Shown piece by piece: positions 1-7,484 of a DNA stretch of 20,942 bases. The first letter of the stretch is position 1; each line of letters begins with the position of its first letter. The notes under the pieces were generated by a model. It was not told the origin of the DNA. It made no database searches and saw nothing but the letters and a program-made list of their open reading frames with translations. The stretch is taken from NCBI GenBank assembly GCA_036478295.1, contig JAZGDW010000307.1, positions 1-20,942 on the forward strand. Direction: 5' to 3'. Origin of the DNA: Candidatus Krumholzibacteriia bacterium (GTDB lineage Bacteria > Krumholzibacteriota > Krumholzibacteriia > WVZY01). A program made the position numbers and the translations under genes.

Positions 1-894
1 GTGCGCACACTGGTCGAGCACGATGCCAACACTGAGGCGCGCGACAAGGAAGGGTGGACGGCGCTGACCATCGCCTGCGCCGGCGCGGCGAAGGCCGACG
101 GGAAATCCGCCGCGGCTATGGTACGACTGCTGATCGAAGGGGGTGCGCAGGTAAATCAGACCGGCTCGCTCGGGCGGACGTGTCTGTGGTGGACGAGTGC
201 GGAGCGCTCGCTGAACGAACTGTCCACATTTCTTCTGGAGCAAGGTGCCGACCCGAACCTCGCTGACGACTCGGGTGACAGGCCGATGGATCGCGCGGCG
301 GCGCGAGACAACACGGCCGGGTTGGATCTGTTGCTGCAACATCCACGCACGCGCAAGGAGGACGCCGCCAGGGTGACGCTCTTGAAACAAGGGATCACGG
401 TCGACATCCGTGGTGTCCACCGCGCTGCCGAGGAAGGAAATTTGCAAGTGGTGCAACAGCTGCTCGGGGCCGGTGTCGATCCGAACGCCGATGGCGACTG
501 CGCCCGCCTGCTCTCGAGGTTGGTCTACAAAAATCATTTCGACGTCATGGCGGCATTGCTCGAGCGGGGTGGCGACCCCAATCCGCAGGTCCGGCCCAAC
601 CAGGGTCGGGCGACCTCACCACTGATTGTGGCCACCACGCGAAGAAACGCGGCGATGGTCCGCCTGCTGCTCGAGCATGGGGCCGAGGTCAACTACAAGG
701 ACGAAAAGTACGAACGGCGCGCGCTGCACCACGCGGCAGCCGACGGCTTGCTCGACATCGCAAAGATATTGATCGAGCACGGTGCGGACCTGGACGCCGT
801 TAATTACCAGGGTAAGACACCACTTGATATGGCTATCGACCGCGGCCGTACCCAGGTCGCGGAATTACTGCGTGAGGCCGGGGCGCGGAAGTGA
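1..894 (+). CDS. Ankyrin repeat protein (probably 5'-truncated by the window edge)
   Basis: Multiple ankyrin consensus repeats, e.g. GWTALTIAC..MVRLLIEGGAQVN, SPLIVAT..MVRLLLEHGAEVN, ALHHAAADGLLDIAKILIEHGADLD, GKTPLDMAIDRGRTQVAELLREAGA. The frame begins mid-repeat at position 1. Confidence 0.95.
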   Translation: MRTLVEHDANTEARDKEGWTALTIACAGAAKADGKSAAAMVRLLIEGGAQVNQTGSLGRTCLWWTSAERSLNELSTFLLEQGADPNLADDSGDRPMDRAAARDNTAGLDLLLQHPRTRKEDAARVTLLKQGITVDIRGVHRAAEEGNLQVVQQLLGAGVDPNADGDCARLLSRLVYKNHFDVMAALLERGGDPNPQVRPNQGRATSPLIVATTRRNAAMVRLLLEHGAEVNYKDEKYERRALHHAAADGLLDIAKILIEHGADLDAVNYQGKTPLDMAIDRGRTQVAELLREAGARK

Positions 895-2393
895 TTCCCT
901 ATCCCACAATGCGTGGATCCGTTTTGCTGCGGGCGATCGGTGGGATCGCTGCGGTTGCACTCGTCATGCTGGCCGCCTGTGGCAAGCGGCCGGCGGTAAG
1001 GCCGGCGATGATACTGCCACCAGGATGCCTGCTGGTGCCGGCGCCGGAGGATATTCCGGATTCGATAACGGTGGCCCTGCTCGACGCCGTTGAACCGGGG
1101 CGCGCCCCGTGGGCGGGCAATGCCAGCGAGCAGATGCTTTTCCTCCATCTTTATGAAACCCTCATTACCGTCGACTGTTTCGACGTGGTACAGCCCGGCC
1201 TCGCCGAGTCGTGGAAGGGCGGCAAGGGTGGCCGGCGCTGGACGTTCGAGCTGCGTGAGGATGCGCGGTTCTGGGACGGCACCCGCGTGACCGCGCACGA
1301 CATAGCCCGGAGCTGGCGGGACGCGTTGACGCTCGACACGGCCATCGACTCCGCCGTGGCCACCAGCGACCGAATCCTGCACGTTTATCTGAAACGCCGT
1401 CACCGTCATGTTCCCCGTATGCTCTCCGCGTCCGTGTTCTCCGTGACGAAACCATCCACAGACCCGAGCTGGCTGCTCGGCTCGGGACCGTACCGGGTTG
1501 CGGCGCCGGCGCGAGGCTCGCACGGCAGGCCGAGGCGCACGTTTACCGCCCACCCGGCATTCGGACGCAGGGGTCCGGTGATCCGCTTCATGGAAACCTC
1601 CGTCAAAGATGCGCGCGATATGCTCGAGGGCGGTATCGACGTGATGGTCACATCCAACCCGGCCGTCATCGAGTACGCGGCGGAGCGACCGCAGTTCGTT
1701 ACGGCGGCGCTCCCGTGGGACAGGACGTACGTGTTGCTGTCGACGTCCCGCGCTCGCGAGCTGCGGGCGGGTCGCAGGCTCGGAACGATTTCCGCGCAGT
1801 TGTCGGATGGGCTGGCGCAGGATGCAGTCCGAGGTGACGCCCGCGGCTACCGGTCGCCGTCGTGGTGGGATGAACTGCGCAACTGCGGCGAATTGTTCGC
1901 CGGAGTGTCGCAGCCACCGCCCGGCCCGCGCGGCGCGCGCGCGTCATCCGGGTCGCGCGGTGTCCTGTACGATTTGAATGACCCCGTTGCCCGGGATCTC
2001 GCCGAACGGATCGTCGCCCTTGCCGCCGTGGACCCCGGGGTCTCTCCCGAGGCCGCGGCGTTGGCGCGGGCGATCCCCGGGCTTGCAGGCGCCGCTCGGG
2101 ACATGACCGCAGAGGGTGTGACAGCGGGGGAGATGGCCCCCCGCCTGCGGCGTGGCGACGATTTCGCCTACATCATTCCCATACCGCAGCGGCCGCCGTC
2201 TCCTTGCTACGAAGCGCGGGAATTGCTGAAGCGGGCACCGTGGCTCGCCACGCTCGAAGACGATTTTCCCAAGGCACTGGTACCGCTGGTCGACACCCGC
2301 GCGCACGTAATCGCGAGGATCGACGCGGCCGGGCTGATGGTCGACGCGTATGGCAACGTCGTCATTGCCTACGGAATGCCGGGGGAGGAATAA
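891..2393 (+). CDS. Family 5 (DppA/OppA-like) solute-binding lipoprotein with a divergent C-terminal half
   Basis: Signal peptide with lipobox (MLAA-C). Family-5 N-terminal signature LYETLITVD..QPGLAESW..RWTFELREDARFWDGTRVTAHDI and a later GSGPYRV motif. The GTG start overlaps the ankyrin stop (GTGA); an alternative ATG lies at 909. Confidence 0.8.
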   Translation: MIPYPTMRGSVLLRAIGGIAAVALVMLAACGKRPAVRPAMILPPGCLLVPAPEDIPDSITVALLDAVEPGRAPWAGNASEQMLFLHLYETLITVDCFDVVQPGLAESWKGGKGGRRWTFELREDARFWDGTRVTAHDIARSWRDALTLDTAIDSAVATSDRILHVYLKRRHRHVPRMLSASVFSVTKPSTDPSWLLGSGPYRVAAPARGSHGRPRRTFTAHPAFGRRGPVIRFMETSVKDARDMLEGGIDVMVTSNPAVIEYAAERPQFVTAALPWDRTYVLLSTSRARELRAGRRLGTISAQLSDGLAQDAVRGDARGYRSPSWWDELRNCGELFAGVSQPPPGPRGARASSGSRGVLYDLNDPVARDLAERIVALAAVDPGVSPEAAALARAIPGLAGAARDMTAEGVTAGEMAPRLRRGDDFAYIIPIPQRPPSPCYEARELLKRAPWLATLEDDFPKALVPLVDTRAHVIARIDAAGLMVDAYGNVVIAYGMPGEE

Positions 2394-2399
2394 TTCCTT

Positions 2400-4205
2400 A
2401 TGACCTTTCGCGTCCGGCTGCTGGTGACATTCCTTCTGGCCGTCCTCCTGCCGATGATCGCACTCGCGCTCTTCATTCGCGCCGAAATGACGGACCGGCT
2501 CACCGCTCAATACGAACGCCGCGTCGAGTCGCTGATCGCGGTCATCGAGGAAGACCTGGCACAAGAGAGTGAGGCCGGCCGCGCCTCGCTCGCCGCCCTT
2601 CAAAAGGCGCTCCTCGACGACAACCGGTTTCGCCGGGCGGCGGTGGATCGCGTCAAGGAGGAGCGGCGGTACCTGCTCGACTACGCGGGGAACGCGATGC
2701 GCCTCGCCGGGTTCTCGATGCTGCAGATACAGGATGAAGCGGGGCGCATCATTAGTTCCGGGCATTTCCGCAACGAGTTCGATCGACTAGAACCACAGCT
2801 GCCGAAACTGCTGGCGTCCACGCCCGGCGGCACGGCGCTGGTGCAGGCCCGAGCTCCGGACGCGCCCTTTCTGGCGCTGGTTCGTGTGGATTCCCTGCAG
2901 ATGGGCAAGCGGCAGTTCAAGATTGTCGCCGGAGTCAAGGTGGAACGGCGCTTCCTTGCCCGGCTGGCGCGGGGGGTGGAGATGACGGTCGCGCTGGTAT
3001 ATCCGGGCGGCATGTTGAGCTCCGGTGCGGAGCGATCTGTAGAGGGCGACTCGCGGCCTGGAAAGGAGGCGCCCGGAACCGAGGGCGGCCAAACCGGGGC
3101 GGGGGCACCGGGAAGAGAGGGACAGCCAACCGGGGCGGGGGCGCCGCGTGGCTTTGACGCGGCCGATGCGATTGTACGTGAGCTTGCCGTGCCGTTCATC
3201 GACTCGAAGCGCGGCGAGGTCGCGCGCGCGACGTTTCGCGTCAGTCACCCGATGGCCGAGCTACGGACCCTGCGCAGGAGTATCGACCGGTGGTTTCTGG
3301 TGGCGGTGGCGGCCACGGCCGCGCTTGCCGTTGTCCTGGTGGGCTGGCTGACGTCGCGCATCAGCCGCCCGCTGGTTGAGCTCGCGGACAAAACGTCCCG
3401 CATCGATCTCGATCGCCTGGATATTGATTTTGACACACGCCGCAAGGATGAAGTCGGCGTGCTGTCGCGGATGCTCGGTGCCATGACACAGAGGCTGCGG
3501 GCAAGTGCGGCCCTCATCAAGGACGCGGAACGCCGGGCAACGCTCGGAGAAATGGCGCGGCAGGTGAACCACGATATCAAGAACGGGCTCACTCCGATCC
3601 GCAACGTGTTCCGGCACCTCGCCCAACTCGGGCGGGATGATCCGGCGCAGCTGCCGGCGGTCTTGCGGGAGAGACAGGGCACACTGGATTCGAGCATCTC
3701 ATACCTGGAGAACCTCGCGACCAACTACGCGAGGCTGTCTCCCAGAAGTGAGCGCCGGCCGTGCGAGGTGAACGACATCGTGCGCCGTATCGCGACGGAT
3801 CTTCAAGGCACCGGAGGGGCGAGCCTTCGAACGAACCTGGCAGAACGGGCCGTCGTTCTCGCTGATCCCGTGGCGCTCAGGCGTGTGCTGGAGAACCTGG
3901 TGGACAACGCCATCGACAGTCTCGAATCGCGGCCGGGGACGGTTACCATCGCGACGGAACTCGTTTCCGGAGAGACCGGCAAGCGCGTACGAATTACGGT
4001 AACCGATACGGGTGCCGGCATGAGCGAAGAGAAACGGGCGAAAGTCTTCGACGATTTCTATACGACAAAAGACGGCGGTACCGGGTTGGGTCTTTCCATC
4101 GTGCGAAGACTCGTCATGGATCTCGACGGCTCCATCGAGGTGGAGAGTGAAGAGGGCACGGGTAGCCGCTTTGTCGTCGATCTGCCCGCGGAAGGCGTGG
4201 CGTAG
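2400..4205 (+). CDS. Membrane sensor histidine kinase (TM-periplasmic-TM-HAMP-HisKA-HATPase), NtrY-like
   Basis: Two hydrophobic TM segments. HAMP (ISRPLVELAD..RKDEVGVLSRML), H-box ARQVNHDIKNGLTPI, N-box ENLVDNAIDS, G1 DTGAGM, F-box VFDDFYTTK, G2 GTGLGLSIV. Confidence 0.95.
   Translation: MTFRVRLLVTFLLAVLLPMIALALFIRAEMTDRLTAQYERRVESLIAVIEEDLAQESEAGRASLAALQKALLDDNRFRRAAVDRVKEERRYLLDYAGNAMRLAGFSMLQIQDEAGRIISSGHFRNEFDRLEPQLPKLLASTPGGTALVQARAPDAPFLALVRVDSLQMGKRQFKIVAGVKVERRFLARLARGVEMTVALVYPGGMLSSGAERSVEGDSRPGKEAPGTEGGQTGAGAPGREGQPTGAGAPRGFDAADAIVRELAVPFIDSKRGEVARATFRVSHPMAELRTLRRSIDRWFLVAVAATAALAVVLVGWLTSRISRPLVELADKTSRIDLDRLDIDFDTRRKDEVGVLSRMLGAMTQRLRASAALIKDAERRATLGEMARQVNHDIKNGLTPIRNVFRHLAQLGRDDPAQLPAVLRERQGTLDSSISYLENLATNYARLSPRSERRPCEVNDIVRRIATDLQGTGGASLRTNLAERAVVLADPVALRRVLENLVDNAIDSLESRPGTVTIATELVSGETGKRVRITVTDTGAGMSEEKRAKVFDDFYTTKDGGTGLGLSIVRRLVMDLDGSIEVESEEGTGSRFVVDLPAEGVA
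3069..3146 (+). repeat. 36-bp in-frame tandem repeat (about 2.2 copies) inside the kinase periplasmic domain
   Basis: AACCGGGGCGGGGGC is exact at 3092-3106 and 3128-3142. It encodes APGTEGGQTGAG / APGREGQPTGAG / AP. Confidence 0.8.
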
Positions 4206-4267
4206 GGATTGCGGCGCCGGGCTCGAGGCCGTATCGTGAACGCAGGGTTACGGGTCTCGTCGCGGGC

Positions 4268-4410
4268 GCGCGTGGCCAAGGTCCGAGCGCCGTCGCGTGG
4301 GTGGCCAGGGCGCGAGCGCAGGCACGCGCGGCCATGGCTCGATCGCTGTGGCGTGCGGCCCGATCGCAGGGACGCGCATGGCGATGGCTCGATCGCCGTC
4401 GCGCATGGCC
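4268..4410. repeat. Degenerate intergenic tandem array (about 21-29 bp period, 5 units)
   Basis: Core CGA(G/T)CGC at 4284, 4313, 4340, 4361 and 4390, each preceded by a GGCC/TGGC-like motif. ATGGCTCGATCGC is exact at 4334-4346 and 4384-4396. Confidence 0.65.
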
Positions 4411-4415
4411 GGTAC

Positions 4416-4426
4416 TATAATGGAGG
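4416..4426 (+). promoter_or_regulatory. Perfect -10 hexamer TATAAT abutting the Shine-Dalgarno GGAGG of the response regulator
   Basis: TATAAT at 4416-4421, GGAGG at 4422-4426, ATG at 4436. The -35 position (TCGCCG) is weak. Confidence 0.45.
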
Positions 4427-4435
4427 CAAAGGTAG

Positions 4436-5806
4436 ATGGCACTCGTGCTCATCGTGGATGATGTTCCCGCCCTGGCGGAACAGTACGCCTACGACCTGCA
4501 GAGGGTCGGCGGCTACGAGACACGGGTGGCGACCGGAGGCAAGGAGGCGCTCGACGCCATCGCGCGCGAGGGCGTCGACTGCGTCATCCTGGATCTCGAA
4601 ATGTCCGGCGTCGACGGGTTCGACGTGCTGCGCACTCTGAAGAAACAGGGCATACAGATTCCGATCATCGTCTACACGGGCACCGGCGACTACGACCGCT
4701 GCGTCAAGGCGATCCGGCTCGGCGCACACAGTTTCATCGACAAGTCGGAATCCATGGAGCGGGTCGCCCATGAAGTGGAGAACGCCCTCGAGCTGGTGCG
4801 GCTGCAGGTAGAGGTTGAGTCACTGCGGCGGGACCTTGGAACGGAGACCCCGCTCATCGGCTCGAGCCAGGCGATGCAGACGCTAAAAGAGCAGATCGCA
4901 CGTGTCGCACCCGTCCCCAGCCCCGTACTCATCATGGGAGAAAGCGGCACCGGCAAGGAACTCGTCGCCCGCGAGCTCCATCGCCCCGGCGCCGATCAGA
5001 AGAGGCCCTTCGTCGCGATCAACAGTGCGGCGCTGCCCGAGAACCTGATCGAAAGCGAACTCTTCGGCCACGAGCGCGGCGCGTTCACCGGCGCGAATCG
5101 AACCCACAAGGGAGCCTTCGAGCTGGCCTCCGGCGGGACGCTTTTTCTCGATGAGATCGGCGAGCTACCCGCCCCCGCGCAGGCAAAGTTGCTGCGGGTC
5201 CTGGAGGAGGACCGGGTGACGCGCCTCGGTGGCGAACGCACAATTAAAGTGAACGCCCGCGTTGTTGCCGCCACCAACCGCGATCTGGAGGCCGAGGCGG
5301 AGGGAGGGCGTTTCCGCCAGGATCTTTATTACCGGTTGAACGTCCATATCATCCGCGTACCGCCGCTCCGCGATCACCTGTCCGACATCCCGGAGCTGGC
5401 CGACCACTTCCTGGCTGCGACGTGCGCACGATTCGGCGTGCGCACAAAACGCATCGGGCCCGACGCGCTCGACTGCCTGATGGCCTACGACTGGAAACGC
5501 AACAACGTCCGCGAGCTGCGAAACATCATCGAGCGCATGATCATCGCCACCGACGAAGACGTGATCCGCGCCGACCGGGTGCCCGCCGAAGTACGGGGGA
5601 GCGGTGCGCGCGAGGGGGGCCAGCGGAAGAGCGGCCCGAAGCCCCGGACGCTGCAGGAGTTGAGGGCGGAAGCCGAGCGGCAGATTATCGTTGCCGCACT
5701 CGAACGCAACGACGGGCACGTGACCCGCACGGCGAAGGAACTCGGGCTCGCCGACCACGCCAGTTTGCTGAAAATCATGCGGCGCCACAATCTCAAGCGC
5801 CCGTAA
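4436..5806 (+). CDS. Sigma54-dependent response regulator (NtrC/NtrX family: receiver, AAA+, Fis-type HTH)
   Basis: Receiver (VLIVDD..VILDLEM..FIDK), Walker A GESGTGKE, intact ESELFGHERGAFTGA, Walker B TLFLDEIGE, RQDLYYRLNV, C-terminal HTH (HVTRTAKELGLADHASLLKIM). Confidence 0.97.
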   Translation: MALVLIVDDVPALAEQYAYDLQRVGGYETRVATGGKEALDAIAREGVDCVILDLEMSGVDGFDVLRTLKKQGIQIPIIVYTGTGDYDRCVKAIRLGAHSFIDKSESMERVAHEVENALELVRLQVEVESLRRDLGTETPLIGSSQAMQTLKEQIARVAPVPSPVLIMGESGTGKELVARELHRPGADQKRPFVAINSAALPENLIESELFGHERGAFTGANRTHKGAFELASGGTLFLDEIGELPAPAQAKLLRVLEEDRVTRLGGERTIKVNARVVAATNRDLEAEAEGGRFRQDLYYRLNVHIIRVPPLRDHLSDIPELADHFLAATCARFGVRTKRIGPDALDCLMAYDWKRNNVRELRNIIERMIIATDEDVIRADRVPAEVRGSGAREGGQRKSGPKPRTLQELRAEAERQIIVAALERNDGHVTRTAKELGLADHASLLKIMRRHNLKRP

Positions 5807-5823
5807 TAGCGCCCCGGGGGAGG

Positions 5824-5893
5824 GCGTCGTACCCACGGCCGGGCTGCGCACATGATGCACGCGAGCCACGCCCGGCGCGCCGTAGGGCGACGC
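5824..5893. repeat. Imperfect GC-rich inverted repeat (hairpin) downstream of the regulator
   Basis: GCGTCG(5824)..ACGG..CCGGGC(5839) pairs with GCCCGG(5870)..CCGTAGGG..CGACGC(5888-5893). Confidence 0.5.
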
Positions 5894-5920
5894 ACCCGCG
5901 ACCAGGTGCTCCCTGGAAGC

Positions 5921-5970
5921 GTGTCCATTCGGACACATTAAGGCTCTCCGGTACGTGTCCGAATGGACAC
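5921..5970. promoter_or_regulatory. Tandem palindromic operator/enhancer sites GTGTCC-N4-GGACAC (two copies)
   Basis: GTGTCCATTCGGACAC (5921-5936) and GTGTCCGAATGGACAC (5955-5970). Each has dyad arms, the two are exact reverse complements, and they lie 34 bp apart, about 130-165 bp upstream of a sigma54 box. Confidence 0.8.
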
Positions 5971-6067
5971 AAATCCCTTTTGAGGCAGGCCATTTCCCCA
6001 ATCCATCGAATCTTTATCCTTCTATAAAACAATCAATTACAGTACTTGGGTCCCGCGTGTTCCGGCG

Positions 6068-6083
6068 TGGTCCTCTGTTTGCG
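6068..6083 (+). promoter_or_regulatory. Sigma54 (-24/-12) promoter of the TPR gene
   Basis: TGG-TCCTCTGT-TTGCG gives GG(6069-70)-N10-GC(6081-82) with TTGC at -12. An AT-rich tract with AATCAA (6031-6036, partial IHF consensus) lies between it and the palindromes. Confidence 0.7.
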
Positions 6084-6148
6084 TTATGGGTTTGTCGAAG
6101 GCAGTACACCTGGCCCGAAAGGGCACGAACCCAAAAGGAGGGACCACC

Positions 6149-7258
6149 ATGTTGTACAAACTCAAATCCCTGGGTGCGGTTTTCGCGGGCGCCGCGGCCG
6201 TTGCGATGTTGTCCATGGCCGTCGCCGGCTGTGGCGGCGACAAGGGTAGCGACTCGAAGAGCATCATCGTCCGCAATCCACAGAAGCGCACGCCGGTGTC
6301 AACGACGACATCGCCGGCCCCCGTCGACAGCGCGACGACTTCCCTGCCGAGCGAACCGGAGGAGATTGTTGTCTCGGTGCCCGAGCCGCCGACGGAAGTG
6401 ACCTACGAAGAAGCGGAGGCCGCTTTTCTGGAAAAGCGTTACGACCGGGCGGTGGAGTTGTTCACCGTGTACACCAATCGCAAGAGCGATAACCCGTGGG
6501 GACACTACATGCTGGGTCTTTCGGCGTGGAAGTTGGGGGACAACGACAGTGCCGAGCTGGCTTTCCAGCGCGCGCTGGAGCTGGATTCGCTTCACGTCAA
6601 AAGCATGCTTAACCTGAGCCGCGTGCTCCTGGATATGAGCAGACCCGCGGAGGCGCAGAAGAAGATCGAGACGGCGCTGGCGATCGACCCGGGGTCGAAT
6701 GTCGCGTACCGTCTCCAGGGCCGGACGTTGCACGAGCTGGGTCAGCGGGAAGCCGCTGTCGCGGCGTATCGTCAGGCGATCCAGATCGACACCGAGGACG
6801 CGTGGTCGATGAACAACATGGCGCAGATATTCATCGAGGAAGGTCTCTACGATGAGGCCCTGCCGCCTCTGGCCCGCGCCACTGAGTTGAAGAGTGACGT
6901 TGCGACGTTCCTGAACAACCTCGGTATGGTGCTCGAGCACACCGGGCACTTTCGCGCCGCGGAAGAGGCCTACCGGTCGGCGGTCACCGTCGACGACTCG
7001 TACGAGAAAGCCGTCCTCAACCTCGGCCGCATCGAAGTGGTCATGGAAGATCCGACGCTCGAGCCGGTAGACCTCACCGTCCTGGCTCGGAGCTTCATCG
7101 ATCAAATCGAGAGTTGGAGCGAGAGCATCGTCGCGCAGGAGCAGCCGGAGTTTACCGAGCCGCAAACGATCGTTCCCGATCAACGCTCGGAGCCCCTTGA
7201 TCCGGCGGCGGATGCGAATACGAGCAGCGATTCCGACTCGGATGGAAGCGGGCAGTAG
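6149..7258 (+). CDS. TPR-repeat lipoprotein (about 369 aa)
   Basis: SD AAGGAGG before ATG 6149. Signal peptide with lipobox AVAG-C, a Ser/Thr/Pro-rich linker, then consecutive TPR repeats (e.g. WGHYMLGLSAWKLGDNDSAELAFQRALELD, AYRLQGRTLHELGQREAAVAAYRQAIQID) and an acidic tail. Confidence 0.92.
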   Translation: MLYKLKSLGAVFAGAAAVAMLSMAVAGCGGDKGSDSKSIIVRNPQKRTPVSTTTSPAPVDSATTSLPSEPEEIVVSVPEPPTEVTYEEAEAAFLEKRYDRAVELFTVYTNRKSDNPWGHYMLGLSAWKLGDNDSAELAFQRALELDSLHVKSMLNLSRVLLDMSRPAEAQKKIETALAIDPGSNVAYRLQGRTLHELGQREAAVAAYRQAIQIDTEDAWSMNNMAQIFIEEGLYDEALPPLARATELKSDVATFLNNLGMVLEHTGHFRAAEEAYRSAVTVDDSYEKAVLNLGRIEVVMEDPTLEPVDLTVLARSFIDQIESWSESIVAQEQPEFTEPQTIVPDQRSEPLDPAADANTSSDSDSDGSGQ

Positions 7259-7299
7259 TCCTGCCTGTAACTCAGCGAATGCGGAATCGCACCCGAAGC

Positions 7300-7335
7300 A
7301 TGCCCTGTCCCGGTAACGCCGGGATGGGGCATTTT
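7300..7335 (+). terminator. Probable intrinsic terminator after the TPR gene
   Basis: Stem ATGCCCTGTCCCGG / CCGGGATGGGGCAT (two G-U pairs), loop TAACG, followed by a short T run. Confidence 0.7.
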
Positions 7336-7416
7336 GCTGGCCGCCAGGGCGTCTCGACATAACCGGTTCGTTCACCCACCCCAGCCTTTGTCGAACACGA
7401 CACCCGCATCGGATGC

Positions 7417-7445
7417 TGGACAACCACGTCAAAATGGGCTAAAAT
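7417..7445 (+). promoter_or_regulatory. Sigma70-type promoter for the 789-aa lipoprotein
   Basis: TGGACA (7417-7422), a 17-bp spacer, then TAAAAT (7440-7445). SD-like AAGGGGG precedes ATG 7485. Confidence 0.6.
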
Positions 7446-7484
7446 GGCTTTCTATCCCACCGACTCTGCCCAAGGGGGTGCGCC

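Noticed and set aside
4268..4410. Intergenic array as a CRISPR array, or the 4209..4640 ORF as a gene
   Set aside because: The units are too degenerate and lack spacers. The ORF is Arg-rich, overlaps the regulator out of frame and has no recognisable domain.
2400..7258. Identification as the PEP-CTERM PrsK/PrsR/PrsT system or as NtrY/NtrX
   Set aside because: The layout is analogous, but the kinase is a two-TM HAMP type rather than PrsK-like, the TPR protein is much shorter than PrsT, and there is no exosortase or ntr context. No gene symbols were assigned.
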